Shown here: positions 29,042 to 39,156 of the stretch, one piece after another | How positions within the stretch are numbered: position 1 is the first letter of the stretch | Layout of the letters: every line of letters starts with the position of its first letter | NCBI GenBank assembly: GCA_038230375.1 | Contig: JBBRNJ010000001.1 | Coordinates: 64,001-128,000 of the forward strand | Origin: Polyangiales bacterium | GTDB lineage: Bacteria; Myxococcota_A; Polyangia; Polyangiales; Polyangiaceae | Direction: 5' to 3' | Length of the DNA: 64,000 nt | Position numbers and translations under genes: made by a program | Notes under the pieces: generated by a model | The model's database searches: none | What the model was told of the DNA's origin: nothing | The model's input: the letters and a program-made list of their open reading frames with translations, nothing else

Positions 29042-30424
29042 CTACTTGATGGGAACGACGCACCGGCCGCCCGAGCACGGGACGCCGTTACAGCAGTCCG
29101 ACGACTGCATGCATGTCTGGCCGTAGAAGGCACACCCGCCGCCACCGCCGCCGCCACTGCTCCCGTCGGTGCCACCGCCGCCACCGCCGCCGCCGACGGG
29201 CCCGATGCAGGTGCCCGCGGTGGAGCCCGCCGCCAGCGTACAGTGGCTGCCATCGCAGCAGTCGGCGTCGGTGGTGCATGCGCCCGCGTTCGGGACGCAG
29301 TTCGAGCCGAAGCACGAGAACCCGCCGCCCGCCGCTGGTACGCACGGGGAGAGATTGCAGCAGTCAGCGCTGGATGCGCACGAGCCGCCGCTGGGGACAC
29401 ACACGCTTCCCTTGCCGTAGCTGCACCGGGGAACGCCGAGCGCGTCCTGCCTGCAGTTGTCGTTCTGCTGGACGTTGCCGCTGCAGCAGTTGTCGGTCGC
29501 GTTGCACTGGTTGCTCTTGAGCCGGCAGATGTCGCCATCCGGCTTGCAGCCCTTCGGATTGCCACACACGCCGAGCGCGTCGCTGGGGCTGTCCTTGTTG
29601 CAGGCGACGTTCGCCATCGCGCCGGAGCCGCCGCAGCAGTCGGCAGACTTCGCGCAGATGTCGCCGACCGGGTGGCAACCGCTGGCGGGCTGACAAATCA
29701 GGACGCCTGTGGGACCCCACGGAGCGCACGAACGAGAGCAGCAGGAGCCACCGCATACGGGCAGCCCGGCGTCGGTGTACATCGTGGACCCGCCGTTGCT
29801 GCAGACGACGCCGTCGACCATGCTGCACTGCGCGCCGCTTCCTTTTGGTTGGCCGCACGTGCCGAACGCGCCACCCGCGATCGTGCAGACGCCGCCGCAG
29901 CAATCGCTACCGGTCGTGCAGATGTCCCCGTTCTGTGCGCAGTACGAAGGCTGCGCGCAGATGCCCGACTCGCAGAAGCCAGAGCAGCAATCGCCATTGG
30001 CGCCACAGCCATTGCCGAGCGTCTTGCAGGAGGTGTTGAGCGCCACGCAGCTACCTGCGGTGCAGGTGCCGCCGCAGCAGTCTGCATTGCCCGAGCACGC
30101 CTTGCCGTCGCTCGTGCAGGCGGGGGGCTGGCACGAGCCATTGAGGCAGTCACCCGTGCAGCAGTCCGCGTTCGCCTTGCACGAGAGACCCAGCTTCTGG
30201 CACGTGGAAGGTCCGCCCTCGCTGCCGCTCCCCCCGTTCCAGCCGCCGTTGTTGCCGAACATGCTTCCAAGCGCGCCGTCGGCCTTGTTCGCCGAGCCGT
30301 CACCGTCACCGCCGTCAGAGCTGTCGATGGATACGTCTCCATTCGAGCTTCCGCATGCCGCGATGCTGCCTCCGATCAGGAGCACGAGGGAGCCAAGAAG
30401 CGCGACTGTCCAGGGTGTACGCAT
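29042..30424 (-). CDS. Large Cys-rich repeat lipoprotein
   Basis: Lipobox IAAC; about ten C-x5-CC-x3-C-x4-C modules; Gly linkers. Confidence 0.88.
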   Translation of the reverse strand: MRTPWTVALLGSLVLLIGGSIAACGSSNGDVSIDSSDGGDGDGSANKADGALGSMFGNNGGWNGGSGSEGGPSTCQKLGLSCKANADCCTGDCLNGSCQPPACTSDGKACSGNADCCGGTCTAGSCVALNTSCKTLGNGCGANGDCCSGFCESGICAQPSYCAQNGDICTTGSDCCGGVCTIAGGAFGTCGQPKGSGAQCSMVDGVVCSNGGSTMYTDAGLPVCGGSCCSRSCAPWGPTGVLICQPASGCHPVGDICAKSADCCGGSGAMANVACNKDSPSDALGVCGNPKGCKPDGDICRLKSNQCNATDNCCSGNVQQNDNCRQDALGVPRCSYGKGSVCVPSGGSCASSADCCNLSPCVPAAGGGFSCFGSNCVPNAGACTTDADCCDGSHCTLAAGSTAGTCIGPVGGGGGGGGTDGSSGGGGGGGCAFYGQTCMQSSDCCNGVPCSGGRCVVPIK

Positions 30425-30439
30425 GGGTTGGAACCACGA

Positions 30440-30455
30440 TGCAAGCACAGTGCCG
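30440..30455 (-). promoter_or_regulatory. Putative sigma54 (-24/-12) promoter of the Cys-rich lipoprotein gene
   Basis: Minus strand CGGCACTGTGCTTGCA (GG-N10-GC, TTGCA) 15 nt upstream of ATG; divergent from a sigma54 activator. Confidence 0.75.
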
Positions 30456-30619
30456 GCGAAACTGCCTCGCAACGTGCTGATCGCACACGGGCGCGATGGT
30501 CAGCGCCGTTACCACCGAACACGTCGATGGCCATCTCATCTCCGCCCGTCTGACCGACACGGTACCCGCGGGACGGTATTCTCGTACCCAGGCTGAAAAG
30601 CAGGTAAACTCTCGGGCCC

Positions 30620-31984
30620 ATGGTGGAAGGTGAGCACGGGGCCACGCGGCCGCACCCGTCGATAGCGGGCGGCCGGGAGGAGTCGATCCCCAAGCTCGTG
30701 GTTGCCACCGGCCCGAGCAAGGGACGCGCGTTCGCCATGGAGAAGCAGCTCGCCACTGTGGGTCGCCACCAGACGAATGACCTGGTGGTCGACGATCCCA
30801 CGGTCAGCGGCGTACACCTGGAGCTCTCGCGCCTTCCCAATGGCTCCGTGCTCGTCCGCGATGTGCAGACCACGAACGGCACGTGGCTCGGCTCGCATCG
30901 GGTTCAGGAGATCGCGATCGCCGCCACCGGTGGTGAGCTCCGCATCGGTGACAGCCTCCTCAGCTTCGAGCGCGACGTCGCGAACGATCGCAGCGCCCAC
31001 CAGCGCGATTCGTTCGGCGAGCTGGTCGGCGCATCCACCGCGATGCGCGAGCTATTCGGCACGCTGGAGCGCATCGCCAAGAAGGACCTCACGGTCCTGA
31101 TTCACGGTGAAACAGGCACTGGAAAGGAGGAGGTCGCGCGCGCACTGCACCTCGCTTCTCCGCGCGCGAACGCGCCTTTCATCGTCATCGACGCCACGAG
31201 CCTGCCCGACACGCTCGCCGAGTCCCTCCTGTTCGGACACGAGAAGGGCGCCTTCACGGGCGCCACCGATCGCGCCGCTGGCTTCTTCGAGACCGCGCAG
31301 AAGGGCACCGTCTTCATCGACGAGGTCGGCGAGCTTCCGAAGGCGCTGCAGCCGAAGTTCCTGCGGGTGCTCGAGCGGCGCGAGATCACGCGCGTCGGAG
31401 GCCACACCCCGGTCCCGATCGACGTCCGCGTGATCGCCGCCAGCAATCGCGATCTCCGCATGGAGGTCGACAAGGGCAACTTTCGCGACGACCTCTTCTT
31501 CCGCCTCGCCCAGGTGCGCGTGATGATCCCAGCGCTGCGCGACCGTCAGGAGGACGTGCCGGTCTTGTGCCGCAAGCTCCTCATGGCGGCGAACGTGGAG
31601 GCGATGATCGAGGCGGAGGCACTCGCGCACCTTGCCACGCAGAAGTGGCCGGGCAACGTGCGGGAGCTGCGTAATGTGTTGCTGCGCGCGGCGGCGTTCG
31701 CGCAGGACGGCATCGTGCGGCGCGCGGATCTCGCCGGCGAAGGCGCCGGCTTCCGCGGCACCCCTGCGGAGCGCGGCGCGCTGGACCTGAGCGGCACGTT
31801 CGCCGTGGCAAAGGAGCGGGCGCTGGAGCGGTTCGAGCACGCATACCTGTCCGCGGTGCTGCGCCGGTCCGCGGGCAATCTCTCGAAGGCATCACGCGAG
31901 GCCGACCTTGCGCGACACTACTTCCGCGAGCTGTTGAAGAAGCGCGGCCTTTACGGCGTTGCTCTGGAGGACGAGACGCCATGA
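30620..31984 (+). CDS. FHA-domain sigma54-dependent transcriptional activator
   Basis: FHA VGR..VSGVH..TNGT; GETGTGKE, GAFTGA, FIDEVGEL, WPGNVREL; Fis-type HTH. Confidence 0.95.
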   Translation: MVEGEHGATRPHPSIAGGREESIPKLVVATGPSKGRAFAMEKQLATVGRHQTNDLVVDDPTVSGVHLELSRLPNGSVLVRDVQTTNGTWLGSHRVQEIAIAATGGELRIGDSLLSFERDVANDRSAHQRDSFGELVGASTAMRELFGTLERIAKKDLTVLIHGETGTGKEEVARALHLASPRANAPFIVIDATSLPDTLAESLLFGHEKGAFTGATDRAAGFFETAQKGTVFIDEVGELPKALQPKFLRVLERREITRVGGHTPVPIDVRVIAASNRDLRMEVDKGNFRDDLFFRLAQVRVMIPALRDRQEDVPVLCRKLLMAANVEAMIEAEALAHLATQKWPGNVRELRNVLLRAAAFAQDGIVRRADLAGEGAGFRGTPAERGALDLSGTFAVAKERALERFEHAYLSAVLRRSAGNLSKASREADLARHYFRELLKKRGLYGVALEDETP

Positions 31985-32961
31985 GGTTCAGCTGGGTGGT
32001 CAGAACCGGGGGCGTGCTGACGGCGGCGCGGAACGTGACGTTCGGCGTTGCGCTCGCAGGGGCCCTGGGCACATCACTCGCGACGTCGCGGCTCGCGTAC
32101 GCGCAGACACCTGCAGAGATCCAGACCGCACGCGAGACGTTTGGCGCGGCGATGAAGGACGAGCAGGCGGGAAACTTCAACGACGCGCTCGTGAAGTTCC
32201 GTCAGGTTCAGAAGGTGAAGGACACGCCGCAGGTCCGCTATCGCATCGCGACCTGCCTCGCTGGCAGTGGCAAGCTACGCGAGGCCAGGAAGGCCTTCGG
32301 CGAGATCACCGCGCAGCCTGGAAATCAGGAAGAGAAGGATGTGGAGACGGCGGCGAAGGAGCAGGTGGCCGCTCTCGCCGCGAGGACACCGACGGTGACC
32401 ATTCACCTGCGGACGCAGCCGCCGGGCGGAGCGGACATCCAGATCGATGGGCTGCCCGCGGTCGCCGAACAGCCGCAGGAGGTCGACCCTGGATCACACA
32501 CCGTGATGCTCACCGGCCCAGGCCTCAAGCGCGCCGAGCTCCAGATCACGACGCAGGAGTCGACCAAGCAGGTCGTGGAGATGGCAGTCGAGGTCGACGC
32601 ACCACCGCCGCCGCCGCCCGTCAGCAACCGGCGCACCTACGGATTCATCGGTGTGGGTGTCGGCGGCGCGCTCGCGATCGGAACCATCGTCGCGCTGGTC
32701 GTTCGAAATGGGGACATCGACGCCATCAAGAAGGACTGCCCTGGCAACATTTGCCCCTCCACAACACGCAACGACGTGAACTCGGCCAAGAGCAACGCCG
32801 ACACTGCGGCGGTGGCGGCAGGGATCATGGGAGCAGGTGCGTTGATCGCAGGCGGAGTCGGTGCTTACTTCCTGCTCACACCGGAAAAGCCCCAGGCAGC
32901 GGTGATTGGGTTTGCGCCACGGCAAGGCGGCGGCATGATTCAGCTGAGGGGCGAATTCTGA
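31981..32961 (+). CDS. Exported TPR + PEGA-like domain protein with C-terminal hydrophobic segments
   Basis: Signal peptide; TPR helices; IDG...VDPGSH PEGA-like motif; ends QLRGEF. Confidence 0.8.
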   Translation: MRFSWVVRTGGVLTAARNVTFGVALAGALGTSLATSRLAYAQTPAEIQTARETFGAAMKDEQAGNFNDALVKFRQVQKVKDTPQVRYRIATCLAGSGKLREARKAFGEITAQPGNQEEKDVETAAKEQVAALAARTPTVTIHLRTQPPGGADIQIDGLPAVAEQPQEVDPGSHTVMLTGPGLKRAELQITTQESTKQVVEMAVEVDAPPPPPPVSNRRTYGFIGVGVGGALAIGTIVALVVRNGDIDAIKKDCPGNICPSTTRNDVNSAKSNADTAAVAAGIMGAGALIAGGVGAYFLLTPEKPQAAVIGFAPRQGGGMIQLRGEF

Positions 32962-33363
32962 ATGCGCACGAAGTACTTATTTGCCGTTGGTGTTGCGGGT
33001 GTGCTGGCGGCGTGTGCGTCCGTCCCGAACGTGGTGTTCGAGGACGCCGATGGAGCCGCGGGCACCATCACGCTACCCGACGGCGCCGTCATATCGACGA
33101 CCGACAGCGGTGGTGGCGGTATGGACAGTGGCAGCGGGAAGGACAGCTCCACAGGCCCCAAGGACTCTGGTGTCAACACCATCGATGGTGGGAATCCGTG
33201 CGGCGCGGGGGCCGGGGAGATCTGCTGCGGCACGAAGGTATGCCACGGATGTTCGGCGGGGGATTGCGCCCAGTGCACGGGCCTCGGCTGCGCCGGCACC
33301 GACGTTTGCTGCAAGAAAGGCATGAACCTCACCTGCCACGTCCCTGGAACGGGGGGCTGTTGA
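32962..33363 (+). CDS. Small Cys-rich lipoprotein
   Basis: Lipobox LAAC; DSG linker; CC-containing C-terminus. Confidence 0.78.
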   Translation: MRTKYLFAVGVAGVLAACASVPNVVFEDADGAAGTITLPDGAVISTTDSGGGGMDSGSGKDSSTGPKDSGVNTIDGGNPCGAGAGEICCGTKVCHGCSAGDCAQCTGLGCAGTDVCCKKGMNLTCHVPGTGGC

Positions 33364-33417
33364 CCAGCAAGATACACACTGTTCGCCGGTAGGCCCGAGT
33401 TGTGAGACAATTCTAGC

Positions 33418-34824
33418 GTGGGGTCCACGGAGACAGTCGAGTACGCGCCGGGGCAGCTGGTAGGCGGCAAGTACTTGCTGGTCTCCGAGATTGGTGCCGG
33501 TGGTATGGGCACGGTCTGGGCTGCGCGCAACAACGCAACCGACGCGGAGGTGGCGCTCAAGATCTGGCGCGATGACGGTCGCGACTCGGATGCGGAGAAC
33601 ACGCGCACGCGTTTCCGTAACGAGGCGAAGCTCTCTGCGATGCTCGCGCACCGCAATGTCGTCCGCGTGTTCGATCTTCTGACAGAGCCTGACGGAACGC
33701 TCGTACTGGTGATGGAGCGTCTTCGCGGCTGCTCGCTCGCGTCCTATCTGCGGACGTACGGCAAGATTGACGAGCACGCGGTGCTGGCGATCGGCTCGGG
33801 GTTGCTCGCTGCGCTCGATCAGGCACACCAGGCGGGCATCGTGCATCGCGACATGAAGCCGGCAAACGTGTTCCTCGCCGTCGAGGCGGACGGGCACGTC
33901 ACGCCAAAGCTGCTGGACTTCGGCATTGCCAAGGTGCCCTCGGCCAACACGTCGCTCACGCTGGACGGCAGCGTTCTGGGCACGCCCCGCTACATGTCGC
34001 CGGAGCAGATCCGGAGCAAGGAGATCGACGGCCGCAGCGACATCTTCTCACTCTCCACCGTGCTCTACGAGGCGCTCACTGGGACCTCCCCGTTTGACGG
34101 CGACACTGCCGGCGCGGCGCTCGCCATGGTGCTCGAGATCAACGTCGATCCCGATCCCACCCTCAACCCGCAGCTGTGGACCGCACTGTCGCGCGGGCTT
34201 GCCAAGAAGCCCTATGAGCGACCCAGCAGCGCCGGCGAGTTCGCCGCCGGATTGCGCGCGGCGTGCCCGACCACGGACACGGAGCTCGATCAGGCGCTGC
34301 GGCAGCTCAACATCGCTGCGGTCGCCGAGGAGCCCGTGGTCATCCCCTCGCTCCCGACCAGCTTCCAGCGCGGCAAAAAGCGATCGCGATTGCCGATCTA
34401 CCTCGCGCTGACGGGTATCTTCGCGCTGGCGGTAACCGTTGGCGTCACGCTCGGTCGTCGCGCGCCTGAGCCACAAGGCAGCACACACGTCACGAACGCG
34501 GCCGGCGGCAACGGCACGGGCGGCGCCAGCACCGCGAGCACGAGCGCAGGCGCGAGTATGGGAACGGCCATGAGCACTGGCGCGAGCACGGGAACGGCTG
34601 TGAGCACCGGCACGAGCACGGGCACCGGCGCCACCACGAACGTGAACGAGCCTTCGGTCTTCGAGGTCCCCGCCGACAACAACCCGTGGAACTCCGTCCC
34701 CACGATGACCCCTGCGAATGGCGGCGGCACCACGAACGGCGGCGCCGGCAAGATCAAGAAGCCGGTCGCGCCAGCGGCAAGCGCCAGCGGTAAGCGCCCC
34801 GTCGCCACCACGCCCGGATTCTAG
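33418..34824 (+). CDS. Transmembrane Ser/Thr protein kinase
   Basis: GAGGMGTV, VALK, HRDMKPAN, DFG, GTPRYMSPE; TM then S/T/G-rich tail ending TPGF. Confidence 0.95.
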   Translation: MGSTETVEYAPGQLVGGKYLLVSEIGAGGMGTVWAARNNATDAEVALKIWRDDGRDSDAENTRTRFRNEAKLSAMLAHRNVVRVFDLLTEPDGTLVLVMERLRGCSLASYLRTYGKIDEHAVLAIGSGLLAALDQAHQAGIVHRDMKPANVFLAVEADGHVTPKLLDFGIAKVPSANTSLTLDGSVLGTPRYMSPEQIRSKEIDGRSDIFSLSTVLYEALTGTSPFDGDTAGAALAMVLEINVDPDPTLNPQLWTALSRGLAKKPYERPSSAGEFAAGLRAACPTTDTELDQALRQLNIAAVAEEPVVIPSLPTSFQRGKKRSRLPIYLALTGIFALAVTVGVTLGRRAPEPQGSTHVTNAAGGNGTGGASTASTSAGASMGTAMSTGASTGTAVSTGTSTGTGATTNVNEPSVFEVPADNNPWNSVPTMTPANGGGTTNGGAGKIKKPVAPAASASGKRPVATTPGF

Positions 34825-35612
34825 CCAAAGCTGCGGAGCACGCGCTCCAGCGCCACGGGAAGATGGCGCGCCAGGATGGCGGCCCATGCGGCCTGGCCCG
34901 CTGCGTCGGCGATGAGGTCCTGCCGGATCTCCATCTCCACGTGGAGGATCCCTCGCTTCTCGCCGTGCGTGGGCACCGTGTAGTCGGATTTGTCGTTCAG
35001 CGCGTACGGCTCGTTGTCACCGACGACCAGCGCTTCATCCTCGCGAAGGAGCGCGAGCATGGCGTGGGCGAACCGTGGGTCACGGTTGTAGAGTACACCT
35101 ACGTGGAACGGCCGCGCGTTGCCCTTGAAGACGGGCGTGAAGCTGTGGACGCTGACCAGCACGGTGAGCACGCTCCGCGCGTCCCGCAGGGCCAGCACCT
35201 CTGCGAGCTTGTTCTGGTACGGGTGGAAGATCTCCATGCGGCGATGCGCGCGCTCGTGCTCGCTCACGCCTTCGTTGCCGGGGATACGCGTGTGCTCGCT
35301 GATGACTGCGACCGCGTCGGCAGCGTCGACCGGACGATTGCAGTCGTAGACGAGCCGCGAGTACGTCTGCAGGATCGCAAAGGCGCCGAGCATGGACGAC
35401 AGGTGACGCGTCACGCTCGCAGCGCCGATGTCCCACGCGATGTGTCGCTCGCGGTCTTCCGAGGGGACGCCGAGATCACCCAGCGAGCGTGGGATCTGCC
35501 GGCCCGCGTGATCGCAGCACAGCACGAACGGCGAGTCGAAGGACTGCGGTCCCTCGTGCAGCGCGGTGAACGGCGGAGGGTCGTCGGGAGAGAGCAGCAG
35601 CGGGCGGCTCAT
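34821..35612 (-). CDS. N-formylglutamate amidohydrolase family protein
   Basis: CDHA, HIAWDIGA, SRLVYDCNR, SVHSFTP, GDNEPY, EIRQDLI. Confidence 0.92.
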   Translation of the reverse strand: MSRPLLLSPDDPPPFTALHEGPQSFDSPFVLCCDHAGRQIPRSLGDLGVPSEDRERHIAWDIGAASVTRHLSSMLGAFAILQTYSRLVYDCNRPVDAADAVAVISEHTRIPGNEGVSEHERAHRRMEIFHPYQNKLAEVLALRDARSVLTVLVSVHSFTPVFKGNARPFHVGVLYNRDPRFAHAMLALLREDEALVVGDNEPYALNDKSDYTVPTHGEKRGILHVEMEIRQDLIADAAGQAAWAAILARHLPVALERVLRSFG

Positions 35613-35800
35613 GCTCCCTTCTTTTTAGGACGACTGGGGCTGGTTCGCAACGTCGCGCGTTTGCCTTCGGGCGGACACGCGGGCCGGAGGGGCTCGTCCT
35701 CGCGCTCGGCCCACGCGATGAGCTCGTCGACGAAGGCGCGCACCTGCGCCGCGATGATCTCGCGCTCCTCGTAGATCGTGGGCGCTCCGACCCGAGTCGC
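35609..35800 (-). pseudogene. Orphan 3' gene fragment, possibly a carboxylesterase C-terminus
   Basis: Frame TIYEEREIIAAQVRAFVDELIAWAERED...KKKGA* ends in ATGA overlap with next gene but has no upstream start. Confidence 0.4.
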
Positions 35801-35886
35801 GCAAGCTCGCTGCGGCTCCGGTGGTTGCGGACAGGCCGGTCAGCTCGGCCACGGGCGCCCCGCAGACTGCGTGAAGCTGGCTCTGC

Positions 35887-36564
35887 TCACTCCTTCTCGG
35901 AGCGGAGCGCGTCGTCGATGCGTCGCTCGAGCTCCGCGTCCTCCGCAGGCTGCGCATCAACAGCGGAGACGCGGGTGCGGAGCTCGCCGCTTGCGAACAG
36001 GCGAGACGCCTCGGCCATGATCGCGGTCAGCTTGTCGAGCTCGGGCGCCGGGATGGTGCGCTCGCTGAGCACGGACATGAGCTTGTCCGCGAACAGGGGA
36101 TCCTTCGACGTGAGCGTGGAGAGCGTGCGCGAGGTGGCACCGCTGCGTAGGACGATGACCTCGCCGCGCTGCCACGTGCCCACGGGAAGCGCACCACCGA
36201 GCAGACTGAACCTCACATGCATCGGCGCGCGCTGAAAAGCGAGGCCGGCGAGCGGAAGGCGAATCACCTCGCCGCGTCTGGCTCCCGGCACCGAGAGCGC
36301 GTCGCCTTCGATGACGAGCTCACCTCTGATCCCACCAACGCGATACGGCTCCGTCGTCGCCCATGATGCGATCACGAAGACGAGCAGCGAGACGGTGATG
36401 AAGATGATGAACGGCGGAGCGCCGCTCCCGAGCCCGAACAGCAAGAATCCGACCGCGAGCGCCGTGAACGCCGACATCAGCCAGAACGCGACAAGATAGA
36501 GCGGCGGCGTGCGCAGCGGAAAGCGCACGGCGGGGAGCTCCTTCTTGCTGCGGTACGGGCTCAC
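35887..36564 (-). CDS. Hypothetical membrane protein (2 TM)
   Basis: GTGA overlap with upstream stop; two TMs; C-terminal DAELERRIDDAL. Confidence 0.7.
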   Translation of the reverse strand: MSPYRSKKELPAVRFPLRTPPLYLVAFWLMSAFTALAVGFLLFGLGSGAPPFIIFITVSLLVFVIASWATTEPYRVGGIRGELVIEGDALSVPGARRGEVIRLPLAGLAFQRAPMHVRFSLLGGALPVGTWQRGEVIVLRSGATSRTLSTLTSKDPLFADKLMSVLSERTIPAPELDKLTAIMAEASRLFASGELRTRVSAVDAQPAEDAELERRIDDALRSEKE

Positions 36565-37415
36565 TTGCAGTTTGGATGATCGCGCTCGAAGCTCGCGTCG
36601 ATCTGCGCGGGCGTGAGCGACGCGGGCGTGGCCAGGCGGGACCACCATGCGTGCATCATCGCGCGGCCCTCGTTGCAGCGGCCGTTCTTGGCGGCGCACT
36701 CTGCCGCCATGTGAAGGTCCGACACGGCGATGTTACGCGCCTGATCATCGGCCTGGTTGCCGCGCGGTGACGCGTCGATCAGGTGAATCAGCTCCAGTCC
36801 TTCGGTCGCGCAGAACGCGCCGTCCTTCGCCTCGGACGCCTCGTGCAGCGCGCTCATGTCGTGGAAGAATCGCTCGCGCGGGAGGAGCTTCGCGGGCGGG
36901 CAGTGCTGCGCAGCCATCGACATCGTTGCGGTGTCGAGCTCGTCGGACTTCATGCGCCGCTGCGTGGGCGCGTCGTCCAGGCCCTTGCGAAAGCGAGCGC
37001 GCGCCTCCACGCATCTTCCCGCCTGGAACTCGCAGATGGAGCGGGTCATCCAGCGCGTGGCTGCATGGCGGGGATCCGCGGCGTCGGCGGCGTCTAGCTC
37101 CCTCAGGCAGCCCGGGCCGTCGCCGTCCTTGCTGCGGTAGAGCGCGGCGGTGACGTGGTTCGACATGGACTCGTAGTCGACGGAGCCGATAGGGGGAGGA
37201 GGAGGGGTGGAGGTGGAGGGATAGGTTTGGGGGGAGGTCTGGGCGGAGGTCTGGGTCGAGGTCGAGGTGGGATCGACGGCGCTTGCGGGATCGGTGGGCG
37301 CGCAGTTTGTGGCGGCGCGAGTGGGGGGCGCATCGCGACAGGGGCATGGTGCCTGAGCTGCTCCGCACGCGGTGAGCGTGGAGAAGAGGAGTAGCGATGG
37401 AGCGAGACGCGGCAT
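36561..37415 (-). CDS. Hypothetical lipoprotein, helical with paired Cys
   Basis: Lipobox LTAC; P/T/S linker; repeated DG..C and G.C.E motifs. Confidence 0.75.
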   Translation of the reverse strand: MPRLAPSLLLFSTLTACGAAQAPCPCRDAPPTRAATNCAPTDPASAVDPTSTSTQTSAQTSPQTYPSTSTPPPPPIGSVDYESMSNHVTAALYRSKDGDGPGCLRELDAADAADPRHAATRWMTRSICEFQAGRCVEARARFRKGLDDAPTQRRMKSDELDTATMSMAAQHCPPAKLLPRERFFHDMSALHEASEAKDGAFCATEGLELIHLIDASPRGNQADDQARNIAVSDLHMAAECAAKNGRCNEGRAMMHAWWSRLATPASLTPAQIDASFERDHPNCK

Positions 37416-37621
37416 GACCCACACAATGGACCACGCGAAGCGAGCGAGGTCCAGGTGGCGGTGTCACCTGGCTTCAGACCGGCACATGGGTGACACTTTC
37501 ATGCACTCTGCACGTGTTTGACCCAAGGTGCTGCGGTCGCCGTAGGGGACGAACGCTGCCTCGATGGCGCCGAACGTCTCCGTTGCGCGGGCTAGGCCTC
37601 CCGCCCTGGGCGTTCAGAACC

Positions 37622-37704
37622 GTTCACCTCCCAGGTGTACGGCGCGCGAGAAAATGCCGACAAAACCGCAAATTCACCCCCAATTGTACACCTGACGGGT
37701 GTAC
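37622..37704 (-). repeat. Dispersed 83-bp double-palindrome element, copy B
   Basis: Minus strand GTACACC-CGTCA-GGTGTAC ... GTACACC-TGGGA-GGTGAAC with the same spacing as copy A. Confidence 0.85.
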
Positions 37705-37799
37705 TCTGTTTTTCGGCGATTCACGAGGCGGGTGCCAAGGGAGGCGCGGCGGTCGCCATACGGTGCCACCCGAGGGGAGGGTCGCTACCTGTAGAGCCT

Positions 37800-37833
37800 C
37801 GACCGCGAGTGACACCGACCTCGACCTCGACCT
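37800..37833 (+). repeat. CGACCT hexamer tract
   Basis: cgaccg...(cgacct)3 abutting the stop codon at 37832. Confidence 0.6.
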
Positions 37834-39073
37834 ACGGGCCGTCTCCGGGGTCTGGGCTGTGGGGTTTGTATCTCCACTTTGCCAGCTTCTTCAGGGCTGC
37901 TTCGGGGTGGCCGCCTTGGCCCTGGAAGCCGACCTTGTAGACGTGGTTGTCGTACCAGCCGGTGACGTACGCGTGCTTGCCGTCGCGGCTCACAGCAACG
38001 CCACTGCCTCGATCCATGCCGGGGACCGGGAACGTGCGTGACGTCATGTCCGTGGTGTCCACGACGGAGATGCTGCGGGTGAGACCGTAGTCCGCGGACC
38101 ACAAGTAGCGGCCGTTCGCGGAGATGCCGATGCTCTTGGGTGCGTCGCCGACTTGCGCGCGGCGGACGATCTTCTCGGTGGTGACGTCCATCGCGGCGAC
38201 CTGCGAGGCCGTGAGGCAGGAGATGTAGAGCGTCTTCTCGTCCGGGGAGAGCGCGAGGTGGCGCGGGCACGTGCACGTCTTGATGCGGTGGTGCTTCTCG
38301 AGGTCCGGGCCTTCCCACACGTCGATCGACCCGGAGAAGAAGTTCGCTACGTACAGCACGCCGCTTCGGCTGACGGCCATTCCGCGCGGGTTTTTCCCGG
38401 CTTTCAGCGTGCGCACCACGGTGGCGGACTTCACGTCGACCTGGGTGACGTCGTTGCTCGACCAGTTCGCGACGAACAAGTTCTTCTCGTCCGGCGACAG
38501 GACGACGATCTTCGGGTGCCCGCCGACCTTCACCTCGTGAACGGTCTGGCCGGTGGCGACGTCAATGTAGAAGACCGCGTGCCGCCAGAAGTCGGAGACG
38601 TAGAGCGTCTTGTCGTCACCGGAGATCGCGGCCTCGACGGCGGACCCAGGAACGATCAGCTCTCCCTTCGGGGCCAGCGTGTCTGCGTCCAGCACGGTCA
38701 CCGAGTGCCGCCCCGACTCGCGGAAGTTCGTCACGTAGAGAGTCTTCTCGTCGTGCGAGAGGAATGCACCCTTCGGGTTCACGCCCGTCGCCTCCACCTC
38801 TTGCACCTCGAGGAGCGGCGGCGGACCAGACGGGTCCGGTTCGATCGGCGGGATGTCCGCGCTCCGGGCGATCGTGGCACCGGTGTCGCTGCCCGCATCA
38901 CCGAGAGCCGTCGCCAGGTTCGCTTCGCCTGCATCCTTGCTTGCGACCGTGATGGACGCGGTGCTCGCGGCGTCTCGCGCGTCGGCGGCCTCACTCCTTC
39001 CACACGCCGTGACCGCGGCCGTCGCAACGACGAGCAGCGCGAGCGCGATGGCGGGAAGAACAAGGGACTTCAT
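37832..39073 (-). CDS. YVTN/YncE-type beta-propeller lipoprotein
   Basis: Lipobox VTAC; repeated P.G...S.D.K.LYV.N blades. Confidence 0.9.
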   Translation of the reverse strand: MKSLVLPAIALALLVVATAAVTACGRSEAADARDAASTASITVASKDAGEANLATALGDAGSDTGATIARSADIPPIEPDPSGPPPLLEVQEVEATGVNPKGAFLSHDEKTLYVTNFRESGRHSVTVLDADTLAPKGELIVPGSAVEAAISGDDKTLYVSDFWRHAVFYIDVATGQTVHEVKVGGHPKIVVLSPDEKNLFVANWSSNDVTQVDVKSATVVRTLKAGKNPRGMAVSRSGVLYVANFFSGSIDVWEGPDLEKHHRIKTCTCPRHLALSPDEKTLYISCLTASQVAAMDVTTEKIVRRAQVGDAPKSIGISANGRYLWSADYGLTRSISVVDTTDMTSRTFPVPGMDRGSGVAVSRDGKHAYVTGWYDNHVYKVGFQGQGGHPEAALKKLAKWRYKPHSPDPGDGP

Positions 39074-39156
39074 GCGACCATGCAGGATTACCGCATCCGT
39101 GGCGGAAGGCCCAATTCACCGGCTCCACGGGCGTGGGGCGGGCTATACCGTCGCTC

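Noticed and set aside
37461..37496. GTGTCACC-N20-GGTGACAC inverted repeat near element copy B
   Set aside because: Single 8-bp inverted repeat with no counterpart at copy A; could be chance.
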